This document shows, piece after piece, positions 37,119 to 45,910 of a stretch of 64,000 nucleotides of DNA. Each line of letters begins with the position of its first letter. Within the stretch, counting starts at the first letter, position 1. Made by a program: the position numbers and the translations under genes. The notes beneath the pieces were generated by a model. It saw only the letters and a list, made by a program, of their open reading frames with translations. It made no database searches and was not told the DNA's origin. The DNA comes from an uncultured bacterium (GTDB lineage Bacteria; Verrucomicrobiota; Verrucomicrobiia; Verrucomicrobiales; DEV007): NCBI GenBank assembly GCA_963977015.1, contig CAXBMO010000003.1:414560-478559 (forward strand), read 5' to 3'.

Positions 37119-39185
37119 TCAGGTTGTGGCGGGCTTTCGCGCGGCGAGAATCCGCTCCAGCCCCCCATTTGCAAGCCAGGTTTCTCCCAGGAGAATTGCG
37201 ACCGCCAGGAGGATGAGCCATTTCCACACCTTCTGCTGAGCTTCCAACTCGATCGTCTCCAAGCGCACTCGATCGGAGTTTTCACCGCTGGCGCTCCTTT
37301 CGCCATTTCCCCCCATCAGAGTGATTCCCTGAGTCACAAAATCTTCCGGCAACAGGACTTCGAGACGGCTTTCCTCGAACGGAATGTTCGCCGCGATGCT
37401 GGAAGTCTGCGCTCCGGTCTTTGCCAGGTAAATCCCGGGGAGTTCCGCCGATTCATTTCTCGCAGCGAGACTACCGTCAGGTCGAAAAAGATTCGTCTCC
37501 TCCTCGAAATTCGGAAGCTGGTCGCCAACATAAAACTGGCGTCGGGCATCGCTATCAAAACCGGAAACACTCAACATCGAATAGATCAGCGGCACAAACT
37601 TGGAGGAAAGCGCAAGCTGGCTTTCTTCGGGAGTCCAATCGGAGGCAAAGAGAAAAACCCGGCCTCGATCCAGTTTGAATTCGACCACCGCAGGGTCTCC
37701 GGAATCGTAGTTCGCCAGGATCGAAATCTGATCCGGATTCACATCGGTCAGATCAAGACTTCGATGCTTCCAGTAGTGGATCTTCGAAAAGTCCCGCAAG
37801 CCTGGTGCGGCAAAAGGACGAAGCACGGGATGTTCGAAATCGAGACCTTCCAGCATCGCATAATCAGAAACCTCAGCTTCACGAACTTTGACGCCGACTG
37901 CCTCGACAAAACGCTGCGCTTTCTCACCTTTCGACAACGCCGAAAACACCACACCACCATTGCGGAGAAACTCGTTCACCCACTCCGATTGCTCAGCGGA
38001 AAGGCGCCCACTCAGGACGACCACGTCAGCCGTTAAACATTGATCGCGCGAGAGATCATTGTCGGTCGAAGTTCGCAATTGGGGAGCCAGGGTCTCGGTT
38101 GGACTCAATGCCCGCTGCAGGTAAAACAGCGGTGAACGTGTATCGGAAGGATCCACGTTTGGCCCAACAAACAGCACATCGACCGGGCGCGCCTCGGGCA
38201 AGGCGACATAGATTCGATTGTCGAACGAATCCGAATCTCCTTTCAGCTCGACAAATCTGGATTCGGGGTTGGGCCGTGGTGGCGCGATGACCACGCGCGT
38301 TGCTCCGGGAGGCACCAGCAAATCAATCGTGGAAGCCGGATCGCCTTCCCATCCCAACGTGAAGCTCTCCCGGGTTGAACTCTCCGAGTTGGTAACGCGA
38401 ACGCGCAAGAGATGCGAATCGGAGGCTTCCTCGTCATCTTCGGTTTGCAGCTTCGCGACCAAGTGAGCCGCCGCATTCTCAGTTTGCGCTGGAACGACGG
38501 GCCGAAGTTGCACTTCTATTTCTTCGGGCCAGGCGAAACTGTCCAGCGCCGATCGCGTTGCGCCTTCCTGAAGGTCGCTGATCAGAACAATCTGCTTGGT
38601 GCCGAGACGACCTTTCGTTTCATCCTCAATCTGCCCGACCGCTTCAATCAGCGCCTGATCCAGCGAGGTTCTCTGCCACGTCACCGATGTGCCCTCCAGC
38701 CTCGCTTTGGCCGCAACCGGTCGCCCTCCAACCGGAAGATTCGTCCAATCTTCGAAACTGAGAAGAGTCTCGGACGCCCCATCAAACGCGATCACTGCAA
38801 TTCGATCTTCGGGTCTGGAGCGATCAAGCACCTCACCCGCAATCTCCCTGACCTGATCCCACATCCCCTCTCTCTGCATCGAGGCGCTGCGATCGACCAA
38901 CAGAACCGAGGTTGAGCCTTGATTGGCGACGGCCAGAGCATCCGGATCCCTGAAAAACGGTCTCGAAAAAAGCAAGGCGAGCAACAGCAACGCCAGGCAT
39001 CGCAGCGCCAGCAAAATCAGGTTCTCAAGTTGGTTTCGCTGCTTCCGTTGCGGCGTCTGCGGATCGAGGAACATCAGCGAACTGAAAATCACGCGGTCCT
39101 TGGGAGGACGCCGCCGCAAATGCAACAGAACGGGAACCGCCAGGGCGAGCGCACCTAAAAGATAGAGTGGAAAAAGAAACCCCAT
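37119..39185 (-). CDS. BatA N-terminal domain + VWA membrane protein
   Basis: FLFP...PVLLHL...FSSLMFL...LLALR...FSRP; MIDAS DRSASM; ISDLQ; C-terminal TM ...ETWL. Confidence 0.88.
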   Translation of the reverse strand: MGFLFPLYLLGALALAVPVLLHLRRRPPKDRVIFSSLMFLDPQTPQRKQRNQLENLILLALRCLALLLLALLFSRPFFRDPDALAVANQGSTSVLLVDRSASMQREGMWDQVREIAGEVLDRSRPEDRIAVIAFDGASETLLSFEDWTNLPVGGRPVAAKARLEGTSVTWQRTSLDQALIEAVGQIEDETKGRLGTKQIVLISDLQEGATRSALDSFAWPEEIEVQLRPVVPAQTENAAAHLVAKLQTEDDEEASDSHLLRVRVTNSESSTRESFTLGWEGDPASTIDLLVPPGATRVVIAPPRPNPESRFVELKGDSDSFDNRIYVALPEARPVDVLFVGPNVDPSDTRSPLFYLQRALSPTETLAPQLRTSTDNDLSRDQCLTADVVVLSGRLSAEQSEWVNEFLRNGGVVFSALSKGEKAQRFVEAVGVKVREAEVSDYAMLEGLDFEHPVLRPFAAPGLRDFSKIHYWKHRSLDLTDVNPDQISILANYDSGDPAVVEFKLDRGRVFLFASDWTPEESQLALSSKFVPLIYSMLSVSGFDSDARRQFYVGDQLPNFEEETNLFRPDGSLAARNESAELPGIYLAKTGAQTSSIAANIPFEESRLEVLLPEDFVTQGITLMGGNGERSASGENSDRVRLETIELEAQQKVWKWLILLAVAILLGETWLANGGLERILAARKPATT

Positions 39186-39209
39186 TCGTCAGCTTCAGAT
39201 TGAAGTGTT

Positions 39210-40025
39210 TCACTCAATGTCCGCGTAATCGGCCGGATCAAAATCAGGCTCTGGATGGTGCATCTCCAGGTTTTCGAGTGCGTTCTTCACGACGTCAGCC
39301 ACGACCAGGTTGCGGTGCCATTTTCGATTGGCGGGAATCACAAACCAAGGCGCGAACTCGCTGTTTGTCTGATTGATCACATCCTCGTAGGCCTGCATGA
39401 TCTCGTTCCAACGCGCCCGATCCTCCAAATCGGCCGGGTTGAATTTCCAGCGCTTGTCGGGCCTGTCGATGCGTTTTCGAAAGCGCGCCAGTTGCTCGTC
39501 CTTGCTGATGCAGAGAAAGAATTTCAGGATCAGCATCCCTTCGTCCGTCAGCATTCGCTCAAAATCGACAAGGTGCTGATAGCGCTTCTCCCAAACGGTT
39601 TTGGGATAGATTCCGCGAACACGCACCGCAACAATGTCCTCGTAGTGACTGCGGTTGAAGACGACGATTTCTCCTTTCCGAGGCATTTCGCGATGAATCC
39701 GCCAGAGGTAATCGTGGCTCAACTCGAGGGAACTCGGTGCCTTGAAGGACGCGACGTGGAAGTGGATGGGATCCAGGGGAGCAAACACCTCGCGAATCGT
39801 CCCATCCTTGCCTCCGGCATCAATCGTTTGAACCACAATGAGAACACGATGCTTCCCCTGGGCATACAACATCCGATGGAGATCAATCAGACGTTCACCC
39901 AGGGAAAGCAGCATCTTTTTCCCCTCCGATTTCGAGACGTTGAATTGCGTTTTGTCGTCCGGATCGACATCGCCGAACCGGAACGGAGTCCCCGGCTTAA
40001 TTTGGTATGGGCTGAGCAAATTCAT
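39210..40025 (-). CDS. PPK2-family polyphosphate:nucleotide phosphotransferase (class III-like)
   Basis: QTIDAGGKDG, FKAPS..EL.HDYLWR, FNRSHYED, WKFNPAD and PANRKW. The ATG overlaps the znuB stop. Confidence 0.92.
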   Translation of the reverse strand: MNLLSPYQIKPGTPFRFGDVDPDDKTQFNVSKSEGKKMLLSLGERLIDLHRMLYAQGKHRVLIVVQTIDAGGKDGTIREVFAPLDPIHFHVASFKAPSSLELSHDYLWRIHREMPRKGEIVVFNRSHYEDIVAVRVRGIYPKTVWEKRYQHLVDFERMLTDEGMLILKFFLCISKDEQLARFRKRIDRPDKRWKFNPADLEDRARWNEIMQAYEDVINQTNSEFAPWFVIPANRKWHRNLVVADVVKNALENLEMHHPEPDFDPADYADIE

Positions 40026-40864
40026 CGTTTCGAAAGTTTCTTCCAGAACAGCACACCAAAATATCCCGTTGCCGCCAATAAGATAATCGAGGGGCCCGCC
40101 GGTAATTCCTTCACGTAACTCAAACCAACTCCACCACTCGTGAACACCATGGCCAACCCGACCGCCACCACCATCGCGTGCCACAGCTTCCTGGTAACCT
40201 GCAATCCGGTGGCCGCTGGCAGAACGATCAGCGCAATGGCAAGGATGATCCCGGCCAATTGAACCAACAGAACCACACTTAACCCCGTCACAATGAGCAA
40301 CATGAAAAAGAACACCGTCACATTGACGCCCCGGAGCCGGGCAAACTCATCGTCAAAACAGACCGCCATGAGTTGATTGTAAAAGAAGATGCTCAATCCA
40401 ACTACAATCGCGCCCAGCAACAACATGATCCAGACGTCCGTGGTCGAGATGTAGAGAATATTGCCGAGAAGAAAGCTTTCAAGATTCCCCTTAAACCCGG
40501 GCGTAAAATAGAGAAAAAGAAAGCCTGAACTCATCCCGACCGACCAAACTGCGCTAATGATCGTGTCCTCGCGCTCTTTCCAGTAAAGACTCACCCATCC
40601 AATCACCAACGCGGAGGCGATCGCGGCGATCACCGCGCCCAACATCGGGTGAAACCACTCCCAGCCCAATTGATGCTGCAGCCAGACAGCGCCGCCGATT
40701 CCCCCCAAAACGCTATGCGCAATCGCCGCCGCAATGTAGCTGATCCTTCGTGCGACCACATAGGTCCCAACCACGCCGAAACTGATGCTCGCGATCATGC
40801 CGGCCAACACCGCCAATTGGACGATCGAACCCGCGGAAAAGAGTTGTTCGAGAAATTCAATCAT
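40022..40864 (-). CDS. znuB: Zn/Mn ABC transporter permease
   Basis: GTYVVARR....AIAHSVLGG, FLLGNI and FDDEFARLRGV. Confidence 0.9.
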   Translation of the reverse strand: MIEFLEQLFSAGSIVQLAVLAGMIASISFGVVGTYVVARRISYIAAAIAHSVLGGIGGAVWLQHQLGWEWFHPMLGAVIAAIASALVIGWVSLYWKEREDTIISAVWSVGMSSGFLFLYFTPGFKGNLESFLLGNILYISTTDVWIMLLLGAIVVGLSIFFYNQLMAVCFDDEFARLRGVNVTVFFFMLLIVTGLSVVLLVQLAGIILAIALIVLPAATGLQVTRKLWHAMVVAVGLAMVFTSGGVGLSYVKELPAGPSIILLAATGYFGVLFWKKLSKR

Positions 40865-41597
40865 CGTCGTGGTGATGTTCGAAATGCTCTTTCCGCAGTT
40901 CTCCGCTGTAGATTTCGCGAAGGGTGTGTCCGTCCAGATCTGAAACCTTGTGATGATGTACGTTTCGATTCACACACAGCACCGCCTCGGTCAATCGCTC
41001 CACCAATCCGAGATCATGAGAAACCATCAAAATCGTCATTTTTTCCGGTAACGACCGCAACGTTTCCAAAAATTGCTCCTCAACACTGAGATCAATGTTG
41101 GCGGTCGGCTCATCGAGCAACAGGAGCCGTGGCTCCGTCGCCAGTGCTCGCGCGATGAGAACACGTTGCTTCTGTCCGCCGGACATTTGCGCAAACGGGC
41201 TGTCACAGCGGTCCTTCAGACCCACTTCCGCCAATGACGCCATCGCAGCGTCCCGATCCTCGTCGCAAAATCGCCCCCACCACGGCAGGCGGTCGAGCCG
41301 CCCCATCAACACCACCTCCAGAGCCGTGACGGGAAATTTCGGGTCAAACTGCATGTGTTGCGGCACATAGCCAATCAGCTTGCAGCCAATGTGCGGCCGG
41401 TGATCAAAAATGCGGATATCCCCGGTTTCCGGCTTCAAAATCCCCAGTGCCAGCTTCAAAAGCGTCGTTTTCCCGCCTCCATTGGGCCCGATGACACAGG
41501 AACAAACCCCTTCTTCGACTCCAAAGCTCACATCGCGCAGGACGTAGTTCTCGGCATACCGAAAATTGACGTTGTTGAAACTGAGTGCGGATGCCAC
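40857..41597 (-). CDS. znuC: Zn/Mn ABC transporter ATPase
   Basis: GPNGGGKTT, GYVPQ, MSGGQKQR, LLLDEP and SHD; His-rich tail. GTG start. Confidence 0.92.
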   Translation of the reverse strand: MASALSFNNVNFRYAENYVLRDVSFGVEEGVCSCVIGPNGGGKTTLLKLALGILKPETGDIRIFDHRPHIGCKLIGYVPQHMQFDPKFPVTALEVVLMGRLDRLPWWGRFCDEDRDAAMASLAEVGLKDRCDSPFAQMSGGQKQRVLIARALATEPRLLLLDEPTANIDLSVEEQFLETLRSLPEKMTILMVSHDLGLVERLTEAVLCVNRNVHHHKVSDLDGHTLREIYSGELRKEHFEHHHDDD

Positions 41598-41684
41598 GTG
41601 AAATCTGAACTTCGGGATTTAAATGCTACGTATCGAATGGTATCGCTCAACAATTGGAAATTCGATAATTCGAAATTCAAGATT

Positions 41685-42416
41685 GTGGACGACGAATACA
41701 AGGTGCGGCTCGACATTTTCGAAGGGCCTCTCGATCTGTTGCTTTACCTCATCAAAAAGGACGAGGTCGATATCTATGATATTTCCATCGAGCGAATCAC
41801 GACCCAGTACATGGCGTATCTGGAGACGTTCAAGCTCCTGAACATCAACCTGGCTGGTGAGTTCATCGTGATGGCCTCCAATCTCATGTACATCAAGAGC
41901 CGATTGATGTTGCCGCGGCACGTTCAACCACCGGATGAAGAAGCCGAAGAAGATGATCCGCGCTGGGATTTGATTCGCCAATTGATCGAATACAAGAAGT
42001 TCAAGGATGCGGCCGCCTATCTCGGGCAGCGCGAGGAACAACAGACCGCCTATTTTCACCATTTGCCGGAAATCCCGGAGATTCCCGAGGATACCAAACC
42101 CCTTGGAGAGGTTGGAATTTTCGATCTGATTCAGGCTTTTCAGAACGTATTGCAACGTTTTGAGGAAAAGAAAGGGAGTTTCGGCGAGATCCAGGACGAC
42201 CACTGGACGGTCAGCGACAAGATTTCGCATCTTCTCGATGCGATTCAGCCTGGCAAGAGCATTTCCTTCTCAAAACTGTTTGCCGCCGCGAGTTCCAAAG
42301 GAGAAGTGATCGTCACCTTCCTTGCCCTGCTTGAACTGATGAAAGTAAACCATTTCAAAGCGATCCAAACCGAAACGCTCGGAGACATCGAGCTTCATCG
42401 GAACGAGGGAAGTTGA
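41685..42416 (+). CDS. scpA: Segregation and condensation protein A
   Basis: FEGPLDLLLYLI, KSRLMLP, L.EYKKFK and VTFLALLEL. Probable GTG start at 41685. Confidence 0.95.
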   Translation: MDDEYKVRLDIFEGPLDLLLYLIKKDEVDIYDISIERITTQYMAYLETFKLLNINLAGEFIVMASNLMYIKSRLMLPRHVQPPDEEAEEDDPRWDLIRQLIEYKKFKDAAAYLGQREEQQTAYFHHLPEIPEIPEDTKPLGEVGIFDLIQAFQNVLQRFEEKKGSFGEIQDDHWTVSDKISHLLDAIQPGKSISFSKLFAAASSKGEVIVTFLALLELMKVNHFKAIQTETLGDIELHRNEGS

Positions 42417-42433
42417 GCGAACGGCGTATCAAG

Positions 42434-45166
42434 ATGTCACAATTCAGCATCGGCATTGATCTCGGGACCACGAATTGCGCGCTCGCGTTTACCCCCTTGG
42501 GCGAAGGTTCCGCCAAAAGCCGGACGCTTCCGATTTCGCAATGGGACAGCGCCTCAACCCTTGTCGAAAGCGACACCCTTCCCTCATTTCTCTTTCTGCC
42601 AAATGAAGCGGAGCAGTCCGAACTTCGAGGAAAAGCCAAGGGCGGAAACTGGATCGTCGGGCGCTTCGCCAAAAATCAAACAACGAGTGCTCCGCTTCGA
42701 GTCGTTCACTCCGCCAAGTCCTGGCTTTCGACGAGTGGCGTCGATCGAGAGTCCGATTTCCTGCCCTGGAGTTCCGATCAGGTTCCGGCCGATGAGAAGA
42801 TCTCTCCCGTTCGGTCCTCGGCGCTGCTCTTAAACTATTTGCGGGACGTTTGGAATGACGCCCATCCCGAGGCACCTTTTGAGCAGCAGGACATCACGGT
42901 TACGGTCCCCGCCTCATTCGACGCGGTGGCCCAACGGCTTACGCTGAACGCAGCCGAGTCGGCCGGTTTCCCCAAAACGATGCGACTTCTGGAGGAGCCT
43001 CAGGCTGCCTTTTACAATTGGCTCGAGGTTCACGAAGAAGGGGGAACGCTCCAATCCATTCTCCCGGAACTTCCGGACCGGCCGCACACGATTCTCGTGG
43101 TCGACGTCGGAGGTGGCACCACCGATTTCAGCCTGTTTGACATCCGCTTGTGGAAAAACCGGAAGCTTCCCGTCATCAAGCGAATCACGGTCAGCAACCA
43201 TATTCTGTTGGGCGGGGATAATATTGACCTGGCCATCGCTCACGCTGCGGAAACGCAACTTGGCGAATCCCTGAATCCGGATCAATGGGGACATCTTGTT
43301 GCGCAGAGTCGACGGCTCAAAGAGGAAATCCTCTCGCAATCCGCGAAGGAAATTCACGACGCCGATCCATCCTTTTCGGTTTCCGTTCCAGGCCGGGGAT
43401 CGGGCTTGTTGGCCGGAACCCTAACCGCAAAACTGGAACGCAAGGATATCGAATCAATTCTCTTCGAAGGCTTTTATCCGGAATGCGCCGCAACCGACCA
43501 ACCGGAGCGAAGCAGCACCGGCTTGCGAGAATTTGGGCTCCCTTACGCGACCGATAGCGCCATCACTCGGCACTTGGCGGAGTTCCTGCAAGGCCAGCCC
43601 TTGGTTGATGGGATTCTGTTCAACGGAGGAAGCCTCAAACCCTCCGCGCTTCGCGAACGCATCACTCTACAGATTGCGAATTGGCAGGACGGCGCCTCTC
43701 CCACCGTTCTCAACAATCAGGAACCGGATTTGGCAGTCGCCCTCGGTGCCGCCAGTTACGGATTTCTTCTCAAGCATCACCATGCGCGAATCGAGGCCGG
43801 AGCCGCGCGATCCATCTACCTTGAAGTTCAACGCGGGGACGAAGCATCGCTGGTTTGTGTGTTGCCGAAAGGAACGCCCCAGGAGAAGGAGATCATTCTC
43901 GACGACCTCAGCCTGAGCCTGATTGTGAATCAACCGGTCCAATTTCGGGCCTTCAGCTCAGTGGCCAGGTCGAAGGAAAAGGCCGGCGACCTGGTCCATT
44001 CTTCAACTAAAAAGTTTCACACCCTTCCGTCGCTGCAGACGATTGCGTCGGCTGATGTAGAAGAGCAGATTCCCGTCTTCTTAAGCTCCAAGCTCAATGC
44101 AATCGGGGTGGTGCAGATCGAATTGGTGGCGAAAAACGCTCCCGAAACGCGTTGGCCGTTGCAATTCAATCTTCGGGAGAACAGCTCGACCGCGACCGGC
44201 GCCAATACCGGCACTGCACCGCCTCTTTCAAATATCGATCCGGAGGCACTCGAGGCCGCCCGGGATCGCATCACCTACCTTTTTGGCCATCCCTACAGCA
44301 AAAAGGACAAGCTGACGCCCAACCGCTTGACGGCCAGTCTGGAGACGATCCTCGAGCTTCCGAAATCGGAGTGGAACGCACCCCTGTTGCGGGAACTCTG
44401 GACGACTCATACCGATTGCTTCGACTGGCGCTACCAATCGGTCGAACACGAGGAAAGCTGGATCACGTTCGCCGGCTTTCTCCTCCGGCCCGGCTATGGG
44501 GTGGTCTTCGACGAAACCCGTATCGACCAACTTTGGCGGCTGCAGGAGGAAGATCTCTGGTTCCCTGGAAAACGGATCGAACAGCAATACTACATTCTGT
44601 GGCGACGGATTTCCGGCGGCCTCAACCGTGACCGGCAAGAAATCTTGATTCAGGAATCCCTCCCGATCCTGAAACGGCAGTCCAAACCCAGCGCGGAGCT
44701 GGTTCGCTTGCTGGGTAGCCTTGAAAGGGCCTCCATCGAGACGAAAACCGAAATCTGCGAACTCCTCATCGCGAAAGGTCGGGATTTGGGTGCTTCGGGA
44801 GGTTACGCGGAACCCTACTGGGTTGCCCTAACCCTCCTTCTCAACCGGGCTCCAACGTATGGAGGACCGGAGACGGCGCTGCCTCCGGACGTCGTTGGCC
44901 AAGCTTTTGATTCGCTTCGAGAGTTTGATTGGAAAAGTCCCGCATTCGCCGCCCTGGCTCCGGCGTTTCTAAGAGCCGCACGGCGGATCGACAACCGGGC
45001 TCTCGATTTGCCGAAACCCATCCAAAAGGAAATCCTTCAAAAGCTCAAAGCTTGCGACGTGTCCCCGGTGAAGCTGGCACCCTTGGAAAACTACGTTCCG
45101 ATTGAAGCGTCTGAGCAGGCAAGCCTGTTTGGCGAAGCTCTCCCCCCCGGACTGGTCCTCGGCTAA
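42434..45166 (+). CDS. Atypical Hsp70-family protein with a C-terminal DUF3731-like domain
   Basis: GIDLGTTN, SAKSWL, TVPASFD, EEPQAA, DVGGGTTD and LGGDNID; C-terminal HEESW...AGFLLRPGYG...WRRISGGL...LFGEALPPGL. Confidence 0.9.
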   Translation: MSQFSIGIDLGTTNCALAFTPLGEGSAKSRTLPISQWDSASTLVESDTLPSFLFLPNEAEQSELRGKAKGGNWIVGRFAKNQTTSAPLRVVHSAKSWLSTSGVDRESDFLPWSSDQVPADEKISPVRSSALLLNYLRDVWNDAHPEAPFEQQDITVTVPASFDAVAQRLTLNAAESAGFPKTMRLLEEPQAAFYNWLEVHEEGGTLQSILPELPDRPHTILVVDVGGGTTDFSLFDIRLWKNRKLPVIKRITVSNHILLGGDNIDLAIAHAAETQLGESLNPDQWGHLVAQSRRLKEEILSQSAKEIHDADPSFSVSVPGRGSGLLAGTLTAKLERKDIESILFEGFYPECAATDQPERSSTGLREFGLPYATDSAITRHLAEFLQGQPLVDGILFNGGSLKPSALRERITLQIANWQDGASPTVLNNQEPDLAVALGAASYGFLLKHHHARIEAGAARSIYLEVQRGDEASLVCVLPKGTPQEKEIILDDLSLSLIVNQPVQFRAFSSVARSKEKAGDLVHSSTKKFHTLPSLQTIASADVEEQIPVFLSSKLNAIGVVQIELVAKNAPETRWPLQFNLRENSSTATGANTGTAPPLSNIDPEALEAARDRITYLFGHPYSKKDKLTPNRLTASLETILELPKSEWNAPLLRELWTTHTDCFDWRYQSVEHEESWITFAGFLLRPGYGVVFDETRIDQLWRLQEEDLWFPGKRIEQQYYILWRRISGGLNRDRQEILIQESLPILKRQSKPSAELVRLLGSLERASIETKTEICELLIAKGRDLGASGGYAEPYWVALTLLLNRAPTYGGPETALPPDVVGQAFDSLREFDWKSPAFAALAPAFLRAARRIDNRALDLPKPIQKEILQKLKACDVSPVKLAPLENYVPIEASEQASLFGEALPPGLVLG

Positions 45167-45901
45167 CTAAGTGACTTGTGCGCGCGGCCGAACCAACACG
45201 TCCGTCACGTCCACATGATCAGGTGCCGTCAGAACATGAAGCACCGTCCTCGCAATGTCATCCGGCTTCAGCATCTCGTAATCCACGGCGGAATAACGAT
45301 CAGCGCCTGAAGTTTGGAAGTAAATATCGAGCAATTCAGTATCGACAAACCCCGGCGAGACCTGGCTAACACGAGTCGAATTGCCGGCAGCGCGCAGTTC
45401 CTGGCGAAGTCCTTCGCTCATGGCCCGTACCGCGAATTTTGTCGCTGCATAAAAACCGCCCTTGCCCGGAACCCGATGGCCTGACATGCTGCAAATATTG
45501 ACAATCTGGCCGCCAGCCTGGGGATCAAAATACCGAAGCGCCTCCCGGTTGGCAATCGCCAGTCCCAGGACATTCACGTCCAACATCTCCCGCCAGTCCT
45601 CCGAGTCTCCATCAGTGAGCTTAGCTTGTTTGGCGAGTCCTGCCGAATTGATGAGAATGTCCAATCGTCCCCAGTGATGGGCTGCAGATTTGATCGCGGC
45701 CCGAATCTGTTCCTCGTCCCGGAAATCCGCCTGCACCGCTTGTGCAGACTCCATTTCTCCCGCGATCGCTTCAAGACGATCAGCGCGGCGGGCCGTCAAT
45801 GTCAGGCTGACGCCCGCATCGCCAAGTGCCCTGGCAATCGCTCGTCCGATCCCGCTCGAGGCCCCTGTGACGATGGCCGCTTTCCCGTCCAGTGATTTCA
45901 T
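45167..45901 (-). CDS. SDR-family oxidoreductase
   Basis: TGASSGIG, INSAG, YAATK and SPGFVDT. Confidence 0.95.
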   Translation of the reverse strand: MKSLDGKAAIVTGASSGIGRAIARALGDAGVSLTLTARRADRLEAIAGEMESAQAVQADFRDEEQIRAAIKSAAHHWGRLDILINSAGLAKQAKLTDGDSEDWREMLDVNVLGLAIANREALRYFDPQAGGQIVNICSMSGHRVPGKGGFYAATKFAVRAMSEGLRQELRAAGNSTRVSQVSPGFVDTELLDIYFQTSGADRYSAVDYEMLKPDDIARTVLHVLTAPDHVDVTDVLVRPRAQVT

Positions 45902-45910
45902 GACGCGAGA

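Noticed and set aside
41650-41684. AATTCGA-like tandem heptamers or palindrome between znuC and scpA as a Zur/Fur box
   Set aside because: Too short and degenerate, and it does not match a consensus I can support.
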